Shown here: positions 28,587-37,630 of the stretch, piece after piece
How positions within the stretch are numbered: the stretch's first letter is position 1
Layout of the letters: every line of letters begins with the position of its first letter
Assembly: GCA_037442745.1 (NCBI GenBank)
Contig: JBBIPP010000007.1
Span: forward strand, 1-52,842
Source of the DNA: an archaeon
Lineage (GTDB): Archaea > SpSt-1190 > DYHY01
Length of the DNA: 52,842 nt
Reading direction: 5' to 3'
Notes under the pieces: model-generated
Database searches by the model: none
What the model was told of the DNA's origin: nothing
What the model saw: only the letters and a program-made list of their open reading frames with translations
Program-made: the position numbers and the translations under genes

Positions 28587-29131
28587 TCGTTTGCTTCACC
28601 GTCGAAAGCCTCGCGCCTTTTCTTGTCAATGAATTTGTAGACTGTCGCATGCATTGAGCCGGAGAGGAGTTTCTCAATTCCCTGCCTCGCTATCTCGACA
28701 GCCGTTTCAGGTCCTATGAGGCCGACCGTGTCGCCATAAACCGACATATATATCCCTAGTGTTTCCTCAAAAACCCTCCGGGATTTCCCGCCGGTTCCGA
28801 TAATTCTTGACTTGAGGCGCATTTTCGCCTTGCCGTTCTTGGCATAGTCGTCGAGGTCTATTATTGAGAGCTCGTTGTTCTCCCGGTCAACCAGGGAGAG
28901 CGCCTTTTCCGGTGAAAACCCCCTGCCAATCGCCCTTATAACATCTCTTGCCCTGTATTCGAGAAGAGGGTCTCTTTCCTCCTTATTTTCTGGTTCCAGA
29001 ATTGTTACTTGGCCGTCCCTCTCAATTTCCAGGGAAATCCTGCATCTCCTCTCAATTAGGGATTTTGTCTCCCCCTCCTTTCCAATGAGTACTGCAACCC
29101 TCTCCTTTGGGATTGCAATGAATTCAGGCAT
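28562..29131 (-). CDS. dim2: KH-domain ribosome biogenesis protein Dim2/Pno1
   Basis: VLIGKEGETK, AIGRGFSPEKA, RIIGTGGK, GSMHATVY. Confidence 0.93.
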   Translation of the reverse strand: MPEFIAIPKERVAVLIGKEGETKSLIERRCRISLEIERDGQVTILEPENKEERDPLLEYRARDVIRAIGRGFSPEKALSLVDRENNELSIIDLDDYAKNGKAKMRLKSRIIGTGGKSRRVFEETLGIYMSVYGDTVGLIGPETAVEIARQGIEKLLSGSMHATVYKFIDKKRREAFDGEANEWWQKERA

Positions 29132-29993
29132 TCTTTCGTTCCTCCTCTTTTTTCTTCCCTTCGGTTTTTCGGGAGGAGAGAACTCTCTTTAAAAGTTCCT
29201 CCTTTGAAATCCCATAGCCGAGCTTCCTCGAGAGGAATTTCGAGACATTCTCGCAGTCGCGCTCTAGGAACTCTTTCGCGTTCGGATGCGTCAGAAGAAC
29301 CGCCTGTCCGCAGTCAATTATTACCGGCCTGCCATCTGAAACAAGGATGTTATATTCCGAGAGGTCTGAATGCACGAACCCGGCCTTGTGCATTTTCTCC
29401 ATTTCCAGGACAATTTGCTCCGAAAAGCCCAGATGGTTCGGGATGCCTTTGTACGCCTTTTTTAACTGGGGAGAAATTCCCCCGCTTTCCTCATCAGTAA
29501 CGAGCTCAAAGACGAGGATATTTTCAAGGAATGCTATCGGGTGGGGGACTCTCACCCCTTCCTCCTCCATTTTCCGGAGGTTTGAGAACTCTTTCTTGTT
29601 CCATGCGAAAACAATTTCCTTTTTCGAGTTCCCGATTTTCTCGAACCTCTTGTCGCCCTTGAGATACGGAAGCATGTTCGAGAAATCGCTCGCCTCAATC
29701 CGGTAAATCTTGACTGCAACGAACTTGCCATACCTGTCGATTCCCGAGAAAATGCTCGCTTCCTTTCCGCTGTTGAACTCTCCGTGGAGCTCCGAGAAAT
29801 GGCCGTCGTTTATCAGCTTGTAGAGTGCAAGAAGGGTGTTTTTTCCGAAAACGCTCTGAAAAACCCGCGCTTCCTCTTTGTTCCAAGGCTTTCCGCTCCT
29901 CCCTTCGGTTGTGAATCCGCCCCCCCGCCTTCTCCTTTTTTTTGCGGACTCTATCTCCCCCTCAGGGCCACCCAGCTCCTTTTCAACCGACAT
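29124..29993 (-). CDS. rio1: RIO1 kinase
   Basis: SGKEASIF, AVKIYR, VHSDLSEYNIL, IIDCGQAV. Confidence 0.95.
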   Translation of the reverse strand: MSVEKELGGPEGEIESAKKRRRRGGGFTTEGRSGKPWNKEEARVFQSVFGKNTLLALYKLINDGHFSELHGEFNSGKEASIFSGIDRYGKFVAVKIYRIEASDFSNMLPYLKGDKRFEKIGNSKKEIVFAWNKKEFSNLRKMEEEGVRVPHPIAFLENILVFELVTDEESGGISPQLKKAYKGIPNHLGFSEQIVLEMEKMHKAGFVHSDLSEYNILVSDGRPVIIDCGQAVLLTHPNAKEFLERDCENVSKFLSRKLGYGISKEELLKRVLSSRKTEGKKKEEERKNA

Positions 29994-29994
29994 A

Positions 29995-30384
29995 TTACCT
30001 GAAATCTGCCGGAACCTTTCCCCTTTTCACAAGCCAGTCCCATTGCGCCCTAGAATACCTGTAAATTAGGTCGCATTTCTTGTCCCCCTGGACCGGCCAT
30101 GGCTTCAATAAGACTAGGTCGTTCTCCCTAACCCACAGCCTTCTCGCATATTTCCCGGGGATTCTCCCTATTCTCACAAGGTTGTCAAGGCAACGGACAT
30201 ACATCTTGCTGTATCCGAGCCTCTGCTCGACAATCCCGAATGTCTCGCCCTCGACCGGGAGCTGCGTCCTTGCAATTTCCTGGGATAATGCGCTTCCCTC
30301 TCCCCCGAATTCCTGGGGGTTGAACTCATTCGAGGTCTCCGCAGTCTCCTCTCCTTTCCTTGGAATCTGAACTCTTTCACCCAT
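29995..30384 (-). CDS. eif1a: translation initiation factor aIF-1A
   Basis: GIVEQRLG, RIGRIPGK, WVRENDLVL, DLIYRY. Confidence 0.95.
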   Translation of the reverse strand: MGERVQIPRKGEETAETSNEFNPQEFGGEGSALSQEIARTQLPVEGETFGIVEQRLGYSKMYVRCLDNLVRIGRIPGKYARRLWVRENDLVLLKPWPVQGDKKCDLIYRYSRAQWDWLVKRGKVPADFR

Positions 30385-30506
30385 TAGCGGAATCGGGGTG
30401 CATTTCCGGGCTTTTAAGGGTTTGTTTTGGGAAATTGTGCATTGCTAAAAAGCAAGTTGTTGGAGATTGAAACTGGAGGAATGCCCCCCAATTTTCCTAG
30501 TCCAAG

Positions 30507-30846
30507 AAAACTTTACGAAAGTTTTACAAAAAAGGGAGTTTTCTTGGAAAACTCCAGAACAAGTCGATAGATTTCCAGTCAAAAAATTTACCCAAACCCT
30601 TCGGGCGTCAAGCTTAGACCGGATCAGCGCCACTGCGCGGAAAAGCAATCGCCCTTCAGGTCGCTGATGTATCGGCTTTTGGCCGGATTCTCTATTGGGA
30701 GAAACGCCCGAAAAATAATATGTTTTTTTGGGTGAAGCTCCGCCCCATAGGGCTGGGATAGGCTTTACAAAAGTCGAACGGAGCCAAATCCCGTGCAATT
30801 TTGCCAAATATCTGGGTTCGCAGGCAAACCCTCAGATGAAGGTTCC
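30507..30846 (+). ncRNA. putative structured non-coding element between duplicated nmd3 ends
   Basis: Nested helices 30587-96/30727-36, 30600-08/30704-12, 30623-29/30662-68, 30737-42/30779-84; G-U pairs favour the + strand. Confidence 0.5.
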
Positions 30847-31428
30847 TCACTTTTCCTCGTCCAAGAACCGGACAAGCACAGAAACCTTGAACTTGCCCTT
30901 TCCGGCGGAAGCGTCATATCCGAAAAGATGCGCGTCCTTCCTCACTTGTATTTGGGCAAGGCTCTTCAATTTCCTGACAACTGCCCGAACAGTCGAGAGA
31001 TGGGTGAAATAGAACTCTTTTTTCTCAATATTGACTTTTGTCACGGCAGTCCTCTTTGACCGCTTCTCTTCCCCCGAGAGGGTGGAAAGTATTGCCCGGG
31101 AGACGAGGTCTGTTCTCTCCTTTGACGTCTCCTTCGGGAGCTTCAATATTGCCTGGTAATAGCCCATGCTCTCCTTGTAGCAGTCGGTGCAGACAACTGT
31201 CGCCCTCTTTTTTGTCTGCAGAGTCTTTTCGTTTTCAGGCCCCCACCTTTTCTTGAAAAGGACTCGTTCGCACCTCTTGCATTTTCTCAGGGACTTGCCT
31301 TCCTTTCTCTTTTCAAACGGAAAGACTGTCTCATCCACCGACTGGCAGTCAGGGCAGATTCCGCCAGGATAGCTTCCGACCTTTCCGCACACACAGCAGA
31401 ACGGGTCTGAAAGCATCCCCTTCTCCAT
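30847..31428 (-). CDS. nmd3: shortened NMD3-family protein
   Basis: FCCVCG, CPDC, CKRC, CTDC...GYYQAILKL, HLFGYD..GK. Confidence 0.85.
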   Translation of the reverse strand: MEKGMLSDPFCCVCGKVGSYPGGICPDCQSVDETVFPFEKRKEGKSLRKCKRCERVLFKKRWGPENEKTLQTKKRATVVCTDCYKESMGYYQAILKLPKETSKERTDLVSRAILSTLSGEEKRSKRTAVTKVNIEKKEFYFTHLSTVRAVVRKLKSLAQIQVRKDAHLFGYDASAGKGKFKVSVLVRFLDEEK

Positions 31429-31784
31429 CAGCCTTCCTCGCCCCCTATCCCATTTTCCCGTATAATTACTGATGCCAGATGGGGGATTTTTTTTCCCTCC
31501 TCCGGCAAGTCAAGCAATATTGCCGAATCTTCCCCGAATTTCCCGAACAGGCGAATTGCCTCTTCTCCGAGGAGATTTATCGATGTTGCTTCCAATAAGT
31601 TTTTCTCAAGAAATTCTCCGCCATTTTCCACTCCGCTTCCGTAAAATTCCCGGGAAACAATGAAATCCGCACCAGTCTTCCCGAAGACCAAGCGCTTTCC
31701 AAGAAGGGATTTGTCGCATGCGGCAAAGACAATTTCAGAACCGGCCCTATGGACTCTTGCCGAAACCCCCATTTTCCCGCTCAA
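31428..31784 (-). CDS. DUF424-family protein
   Basis: FAACDKSLLGK, VSREFYG, ATSINLLGEEAI, IPH. Confidence 0.85.
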   Translation of the reverse strand: MSGKMGVSARVHRAGSEIVFAACDKSLLGKRLVFGKTGADFIVSREFYGSGVENGGEFLEKNLLEATSINLLGEEAIRLFGKFGEDSAILLDLPEEGKKIPHLASVIIRENGIGGEEG

Positions 31785-31853
31785 TTCAAAGAAATCCTCC
31801 TTATGTTCAAAGACAGTTAACTATTTAGGAGAGGAACTGCCTGTTTAAAAAAT

Positions 31854-33191
31854 ATGGTCTTTGGCAGGAAATCAGCGTTTCTGGAGCTAGCTGTGTTCCT
31901 GTTCCTTCTCCTATCTCCCGGACTCTCCTACTTGTCAGTTTCAAAAGGAGTTTTCGGGAACACTACTGTTGATTTCGGCGAAGAGGTCAAAGTGAGGATT
32001 TCCGTTCTCTCGGATTCTCCAGTCAGGATTGAGAGAATAGAGGACCTCCTTCCTTCCGAGTTCTCGCCATTGAACCTCCCCCCTTCCTGCTCCCATGAGG
32101 AAGGGCGAATAATCTGCCATTTCGGATATTCGGCGACCAACATGACAATAGAATATTCCGCAGTAGTTGTCGGAGCGCGCCAGAAAGTTGTCTTTCAGCC
32201 GGCAATGCTCTACTACAACAATGCGGAAGGGCTTCCGGAAACCAAAGCCTCGAACGGAATCGACGGCCTCTACTATCTGGGACGAGCGCTCCTCAATGTC
32301 ACAGTCACCTTGAGCGAGGTTGACGGGGAGGAGACTCTTCAGCCCTATCTTCTTCCCGGCTCCCAGTTCCGTCTGGGCGTCTCAGTATCGAATGTCGGCG
32401 CCCTTGAAGCGAGGAACGTCTCGATCTCAATTTCTCCTGTTCCTGGATGGAACCTGACCTCAGGCAAGTCCTCTTCGAAAATCGGGACGCTCTCCTCAGG
32501 CGAGAGCCAGGGGGTTGTCGCCAATTTCAAGGCTCCGGGCCTTGTTAATTTCTCGGAAGGCTCAGTTGAAATAAATTATACAGCAACTTGGACAGATTCC
32601 TTCGGGAAAGAGAGGGCTGTCGAGTATCCTGTCCTCGTTTTCCTTTCGAAAGCCGACGTGTTCGCGAAAAGGAACCTTGCAATAAAATGGAGAAGGACTG
32701 ATTCGGGGACGCTCGAGTCAATTCTCGAAACCGAGATTTTCCTGAAAAACAGGGGATCTGCCGAGGCAATTGTCAACATTGCCCAAGTGGTTCCGGGAAA
32801 AGTCGAGAAATCGACAATTGTCTCCGCATTGAAGCTTGTCGGGGGAGAGGAAAAGACCCTGAAAGCGACCTCAATTGTCTCAGGAGAAAGAGTGAATGTG
32901 TCGGCCGGAATTGTCAATTACAGCGATTCGAGGGCTAACTCTTATCCCGGATATTCCTTTTCTCAGGAAGAGCTCAAAATAGAGACCAGCATCTGGGCGA
33001 AAATCTACGTGCTTACTGACAAATATTTCCCGCTCGCCCAGATTGTTGCATTGGCGATTTTTGTTACCGGTCTATTTTTCCTCCTCCCTCTTGCTGGAAA
33101 GAACCTCTATCTCGCGCTCGCCCTTGGAGGGGTTCTGTTGCTCTCAGCGCTTCTATTGGCATCAACTGTTGTTGTCTGGTTCGGGTTCTAG
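31854..33191 (+). CDS. membrane-anchored Ig-like (S-layer/CARDB-type) protein
   Basis: Signal peptide, VSNVGALEARNV...IGTLSSGESQ, two C-terminal TM helices. Confidence 0.8.
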   Translation: MVFGRKSAFLELAVFLFLLLSPGLSYLSVSKGVFGNTTVDFGEEVKVRISVLSDSPVRIERIEDLLPSEFSPLNLPPSCSHEEGRIICHFGYSATNMTIEYSAVVVGARQKVVFQPAMLYYNNAEGLPETKASNGIDGLYYLGRALLNVTVTLSEVDGEETLQPYLLPGSQFRLGVSVSNVGALEARNVSISISPVPGWNLTSGKSSSKIGTLSSGESQGVVANFKAPGLVNFSEGSVEINYTATWTDSFGKERAVEYPVLVFLSKADVFAKRNLAIKWRRTDSGTLESILETEIFLKNRGSAEAIVNIAQVVPGKVEKSTIVSALKLVGGEEKTLKATSIVSGERVNVSAGIVNYSDSRANSYPGYSFSQEELKIETSIWAKIYVLTDKYFPLAQIVALAIFVTGLFFLLPLAGKNLYLALALGGVLLLSALLLASTVVVWFGF

Positions 33192-33365
33192 ACGAGACCA
33201 CAGGTGGATTCTCCCCATATAGTCAAACTCTTCCACGAACCCCCTATTGGCGTTCCAGAGGACGCCAAAAACAATAGGGACTTTTCCATCTAGTCTTAAG
33301 GTAACCCAGACACCCCTCGATGTCCGTCCAAAGGAAGGACTAGGAAGAAGCAGTTTCCGTCCTCC

Positions 33366-33599
33366 TTACACAATATCTCTGACAGCTCTCTGCGTTTTCC
33401 CCGCTTGAACTTGCTTGGAACTTCGTTTCAACTCAGCCGCACTATACAATTGCCCGAACAGAGTTCTGCGCTCCGCAGGCGTTGGCACGAAACCAAAGGG
33501 CGCTGGTCGCCCCTTTAGTTCTACGTTACTCCAAATTCCCCGACAGACAGATTCTCTTATACAATTGCCCGAACAGAGTTCTGCGCTCCGCAGGCGTTG
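33366..33599. repeat. three copies of the aIF-2beta 3' end
   Basis: 42-bp exact repeat at 33443-33484 and 33558-33599; diverged copy at 33366-33407. Confidence 0.9.
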
Positions 33600-33982
33600 C
33601 ATTTCATAAGGGTAATTCTGTCCTCCTTTATGAGAAATGTCTCGTGCCTCCCGCATGCAGGGCAGAAGACGAACTCCTTTACATATTCCATTATTCTTTG
33701 GTTGACCAAGGAATACCCTAGCTTGCCCTTGAGAACAAGCCTTGTGCCCTCGACCGCTCCCGGCGTTCCAAGTTCCCGGTTAAGGTATTTAAGGAGGTGT
33801 TCCGGCTTTCTCTGGAGAATGTCGCAAATTTCCAGATAGTTCCGTATCAACGTTTTCGAGCCTTCGACAATTACGTCCGCCTTTGGCACAACGAAGAGTA
33901 TTTCCGTTCCAGTGGTTTTCGGAAGGAGGCTTTTCGCCCTCTTTAGCATTTCCTCATAAGAGTAGAATTCCTTTCCAGCCAT
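33557..33982 (-). CDS. eif2b: translation initiation factor aIF-2 beta
   Basis: YEEMLKRA, RELGTPG, CPACGRHET...CNACGA Zn ribbon. Confidence 0.96.
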   Translation of the reverse strand: MAGKEFYSYEEMLKRAKSLLPKTTGTEILFVVPKADVIVEGSKTLIRNYLEICDILQRKPEHLLKYLNRELGTPGAVEGTRLVLKGKLGYSLVNQRIMEYVKEFVFCPACGRHETFLIKEDRITLMKCNACGAQNSVRAIV

Positions 33983-34015
33983 CTCTTATGGAAGGGCGCT
34001 CTTCCGATTTATAAA

Positions 34016-34867
34016 TCAAACCAACCGCTTGAATTTTCCGCTTCTCGGCTCGAATATCTCCCCTTCAGAGATTAGCTCCTTTATTGCCGGATCCGCCTCT
34101 CCAGCTGAAAGGGAGGTTTCCCGAAGAATTGCCGAATAGTCAATTCCTTGGCTCCCCGACTTTTCAATTACGCCGAGTATTGCCGCCTTTAGGTTCGGGT
34201 TCGCTTTCGGCACAGCCTCTTCCTCTTCAGCAGAATCTTCCATTGCCCGCTGTCCGGATTCGGTGGTTTGGGTTGCCGGATTGTCCGAGAGAAGGATTGC
34301 TTCCACTGCCGATTTCGAGAACCCGTACTTGTTCGAGAGGAAATCAATCAGTTTCTGGGGCTCGTCGAATTCCGCCGAGTTCTCAGCAACAAGGCCCTTC
34401 AATTTGGCAAGCTTCCTGTTGCTCTTTTCAATCTCGAGCCTTCTCAAAAGTTCCCTTTGGGTGTCTGACGGAATTATTGTTTCCGGGGCAATATAGAGCT
34501 CGTCTTTGTATTTCCGAAGACGGCCGATTATATTGACAATTGAGCCAATCTTCAGGTCCTGAAGTGGCTTTATCTCCCCCTTGAAAGCCTTTAGGCGTAT
34601 TGTCTCAGTTCCGTCGTCAATTGTGACTGCCCCGTAATTCCCGTCCTCCGAGAAATAGGCTGAAACAACTGCTCCAATAACGTTTATTCTCGATATTTTC
34701 TCGCCGTTTGGAGTTACAATATAGTCTGGCTCCCATTTTCCGGTATGCTGGAAATACTTCCCAGAAAGAACGCTCTTAATGTTGGCCTTTACCGCAACAA
34801 GGCGTGGCTGAATTGGCCTGTTTTCGCCTTCAGGAGAGTTTCCAGTTCCTTTGAAATCTGCCTGCAT
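34016..34867 (-). CDS. rpa: replication protein A (RPA32-like, OB fold + C-terminal winged helix)
   Basis: RINVIGAVV, IDDGTETIR, GEIFEPRSG. Confidence 0.88.
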   Translation of the reverse strand: MQADFKGTGNSPEGENRPIQPRLVAVKANIKSVLSGKYFQHTGKWEPDYIVTPNGEKISRINVIGAVVSAYFSEDGNYGAVTIDDGTETIRLKAFKGEIKPLQDLKIGSIVNIIGRLRKYKDELYIAPETIIPSDTQRELLRRLEIEKSNRKLAKLKGLVAENSAEFDEPQKLIDFLSNKYGFSKSAVEAILLSDNPATQTTESGQRAMEDSAEEEEAVPKANPNLKAAILGVIEKSGSQGIDYSAILRETSLSAGEADPAIKELISEGEIFEPRSGKFKRLV

Positions 34868-34915
34868 TGCCGAAAAGTCCTCCGGCGCTTTATATCTGTT
34901 TTGTGGGCGTTTCCG

Positions 34916-37630
34916 CTATTTTCTCCTGTCAACCAGTATGAAGAACACCCCTGCCAAGGCGACAATTGCCCCGATTTCCGCAACGCCGATTCCCGGAGCG
35001 GACAAGAACTGGCCTGCAGAGGAAACTTCGGACTCGACTTTAATCTCTGCCGATGCCGCGTTCAGCGCGCACTGGTCGGAATTCACCCCTTCCCTTGCTC
35101 CTCCGGAGAATTCCGTCGAGGATGCTGAGATCAAAAGGGAATATTTCCCTATTGCGGCCGCCCGGAACTGGACAGGGACTTCCTTTCGTCCGTTCCTAGG
35201 GACGTTCACGACAAAGGTTTTCTTCCCGTCAAGGAAGGATGCAAAGGGCGCTCCGGAAGCATACGTCCCGGAATCAACTATTTTCAATTTGTATGTAGCG
35301 TCCTTTCCAATGGGGTCTGCGACAACAACCTTCATTATTTTCATGTTCCCGAGCTTTGTTGTTATCTGCTGGGGAGCGATGGAAACGAAGCAGTTCGAGG
35401 CGCATATGTGCGCAGTCCTCGAGCAGTATGTGTTCGCGGTGCAGTCGTTGTCGGTTTCGCAGAAATTGCCCCTTTTCGCCATGCAGATTCCGAAAAAGCA
35501 TTCGTCGTCAGTGCATTGGCAGTATGTGTTGGCATCCGTGCACTCTATTGTCGAGTTGCAGAAATCGTTGTCCAACCCGGCGCAGACAGGGTCAGGCACC
35601 CAGTTGTCCGAGTTCCCGGTCGTGTCGCAGGCAGTGCACACCCCTACTTCGAGAGCAGTTCCGTCAAGTGTAGTGTTCGCGCAGTAATAGGGCGGGTCTG
35701 AACCTAGGTGGTCGCAGTTGTCGGAGCAACAGTCCGGGTCGCAGCCAATGCAGTGGGAGGATTGGCATATTCCGTCCTGCGTTGTCGAGCAGGCGAGGCA
35801 TTGGTTCACTCCCCATGGGTTAGTCAGGGGATCGATTGTCGCGTTCGCGCAGAAATGGCACCCGGTGCAGTCATTGTCAGTGAGGCAGCCGATTGGAACA
35901 GTTGTCGTAGTTCCTCCGACAATTGTTGTCGGGGGCTCTACAATGCATATAGGGCTTGCGAATCCGGTGCATTCGCAGAAACCTTCGTCGCAATCAGGCG
36001 GGAGGCAATCAGTGCAGTATCTTCTGCCTTCCCAAGTTGGGGAGCCACAACACCCTGTCGTGCAGTCGGAATCCCTGACGCAGTCGGCTCCGTTGTTGCT
36101 TATCGCGCCTCCAAGAGCAATTCCAGAGAAGCTCGTATAGTTTGAGCCAATTACAATACCTCCTGTAGGAGTGAGCGCCTTTTGGAGGAGGACTCCGGGG
36201 AGTTCTGTCGTGTTCTTCCAGTTGTTCCCTGTGCAGGTGTTGCTCCCAATGAAGAACTGATGGTCGCACTTGTAGAGGTCGAGGGAATCTAAGAACTTTT
36301 CCTTGTTTCCTTCAACCATCGGGTTCGGTACCTGGTCGTTCGTGTAAATCATCGTGATGTTATAGTAGAGGAACCTCAATGGAGCTGTCGGGTTCTGTCC
36401 AGAGAGTTTCACGTTCGTCTGGTCGATTTTGACATCAATTGCCTCTATTGCGGAGGCGTTCCTCTGCTCCGAGAGAGTCTTTGTTATTCCGTTTGGAGAG
36501 TCTTCCCTTGGGTCCTGGGGAATTTTTGGGACATAGAATTTCGTGAAATTGGCAATTGTCTGCCTAGGATAGTTCTCAATTATGACTTCTCCGAACGACA
36601 TCTCAATCATTCCTCCGGAAACGGAGACAACGAAGTCCTTTGGGACTCTGGTGCAAGACGTGTCCTGCTCAAAAGTCGTGTATTCCTCAGTTGCTGTATA
36701 GCTCTTGGAATATGCTAGTTCCCCTGTCGGGAGATATGCCTTAAATTCAACGTTCCGACCTGTCATTGACGTGAAGTTCGCCGTGTTTGTTGGCTCTGGA
36801 AAGAAGATTCCCCTGAAAGTGTACGGGCAGTACTGGCAAAAGCCGGCTTTTCCGAGCTCGGTTTTCGAGCAGGAAGATGTGCACGTTCCTGAATTTGCGC
36901 AATTGTGTTGATACGCCCTCGGGTTGGTTGAGGAATAGATGCACTCAATTGCCGGGTTCAGGGGGGAAATTGCTGACTGCTCTCCAGCGTTCGCTGACGG
37001 GTTCAATGCTGTGCATTCGGAGGTGTCAAAGCAGTGGTTTTCCCGGCACATGCCGGAACAGCACATTTGGCCGGGGGAATTGCAAAGGTTTGGTGTTGAA
37101 TTGTCCTTGGAGCCGTCCTCCATGTTTACATAATTGCATGAGGTTCCGGTGCATTTGCTTTCGGCAACAACCGGCCAAACCTTGCAGACTGGTGGGTTGT
37201 TGCAATTGACTGGAGTCCCTCCACAACAGACCTTTGTCGCTACATCGTTCCAAAGATAGGGAGAATCGTTGTCGGGAAGCCCGTTTGGCTTGTTTCCGTA
37301 TGGGCAATTTCCGGATGAGCAAGTAGCAGTCTCGGACTTGCAAGCAACTCCAGGATCGTTGCAGGCAACCCCAGCGCACGGATTAGGTTCGCTCTCTTCT
37401 TCGTCATCATCCTCACCGCAGTACTCGCACTGGCAACAACCGTCATCCTCTTCACAACACCGACAACCCCCTCCGGCATAGCATGCCACGGGCTGGCAAC
37501 AGGAGCCTACGCAGTTGCAGAGATAAGAAAAACCCGGCTGCGCCAGCAATTCGACTGCGAACACTGTCGCTACTGCCAAAATCAACATAATTGCAAATAA
37601 TCTTCTTCCAGCGTCCATTTTATTCTGCAC
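34916..37630 (-). CDS. large Cys-rich secreted surface protein with PGF-CTERM-like anchor
   Basis: Signal peptide, repeated CxxDxDC modules, Thr linker, C-terminal APGI-TM-RRK. Confidence 0.82.
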   Translation of the reverse strand: MQNKMDAGRRLFAIMLILAVATVFAVELLAQPGFSYLCNCVGSCCQPVACYAGGGCRCCEEDDGCCQCEYCGEDDDEEESEPNPCAGVACNDPGVACKSETATCSSGNCPYGNKPNGLPDNDSPYLWNDVATKVCCGGTPVNCNNPPVCKVWPVVAESKCTGTSCNYVNMEDGSKDNSTPNLCNSPGQMCCSGMCRENHCFDTSECTALNPSANAGEQSAISPLNPAIECIYSSTNPRAYQHNCANSGTCTSSCSKTELGKAGFCQYCPYTFRGIFFPEPTNTANFTSMTGRNVEFKAYLPTGELAYSKSYTATEEYTTFEQDTSCTRVPKDFVVSVSGGMIEMSFGEVIIENYPRQTIANFTKFYVPKIPQDPREDSPNGITKTLSEQRNASAIEAIDVKIDQTNVKLSGQNPTAPLRFLYYNITMIYTNDQVPNPMVEGNKEKFLDSLDLYKCDHQFFIGSNTCTGNNWKNTTELPGVLLQKALTPTGGIVIGSNYTSFSGIALGGAISNNGADCVRDSDCTTGCCGSPTWEGRRYCTDCLPPDCDEGFCECTGFASPICIVEPPTTIVGGTTTTVPIGCLTDNDCTGCHFCANATIDPLTNPWGVNQCLACSTTQDGICQSSHCIGCDPDCCSDNCDHLGSDPPYYCANTTLDGTALEVGVCTACDTTGNSDNWVPDPVCAGLDNDFCNSTIECTDANTYCQCTDDECFFGICMAKRGNFCETDNDCTANTYCSRTAHICASNCFVSIAPQQITTKLGNMKIMKVVVADPIGKDATYKLKIVDSGTYASGAPFASFLDGKKTFVVNVPRNGRKEVPVQFRAAAIGKYSLLISASSTEFSGGAREGVNSDQCALNAASAEIKVESEVSSAGQFLSAPGIGVAEIGAIVALAGVFFILVDRRK

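Noticed and set aside
30500-30846. SRP RNA, RNase P RNA or a known riboswitch (also considered for 49342-49585)
   Set aside because: No SRP helix-8 motif or RNase P GAGGAAAGTCC core found by eye on either strand.
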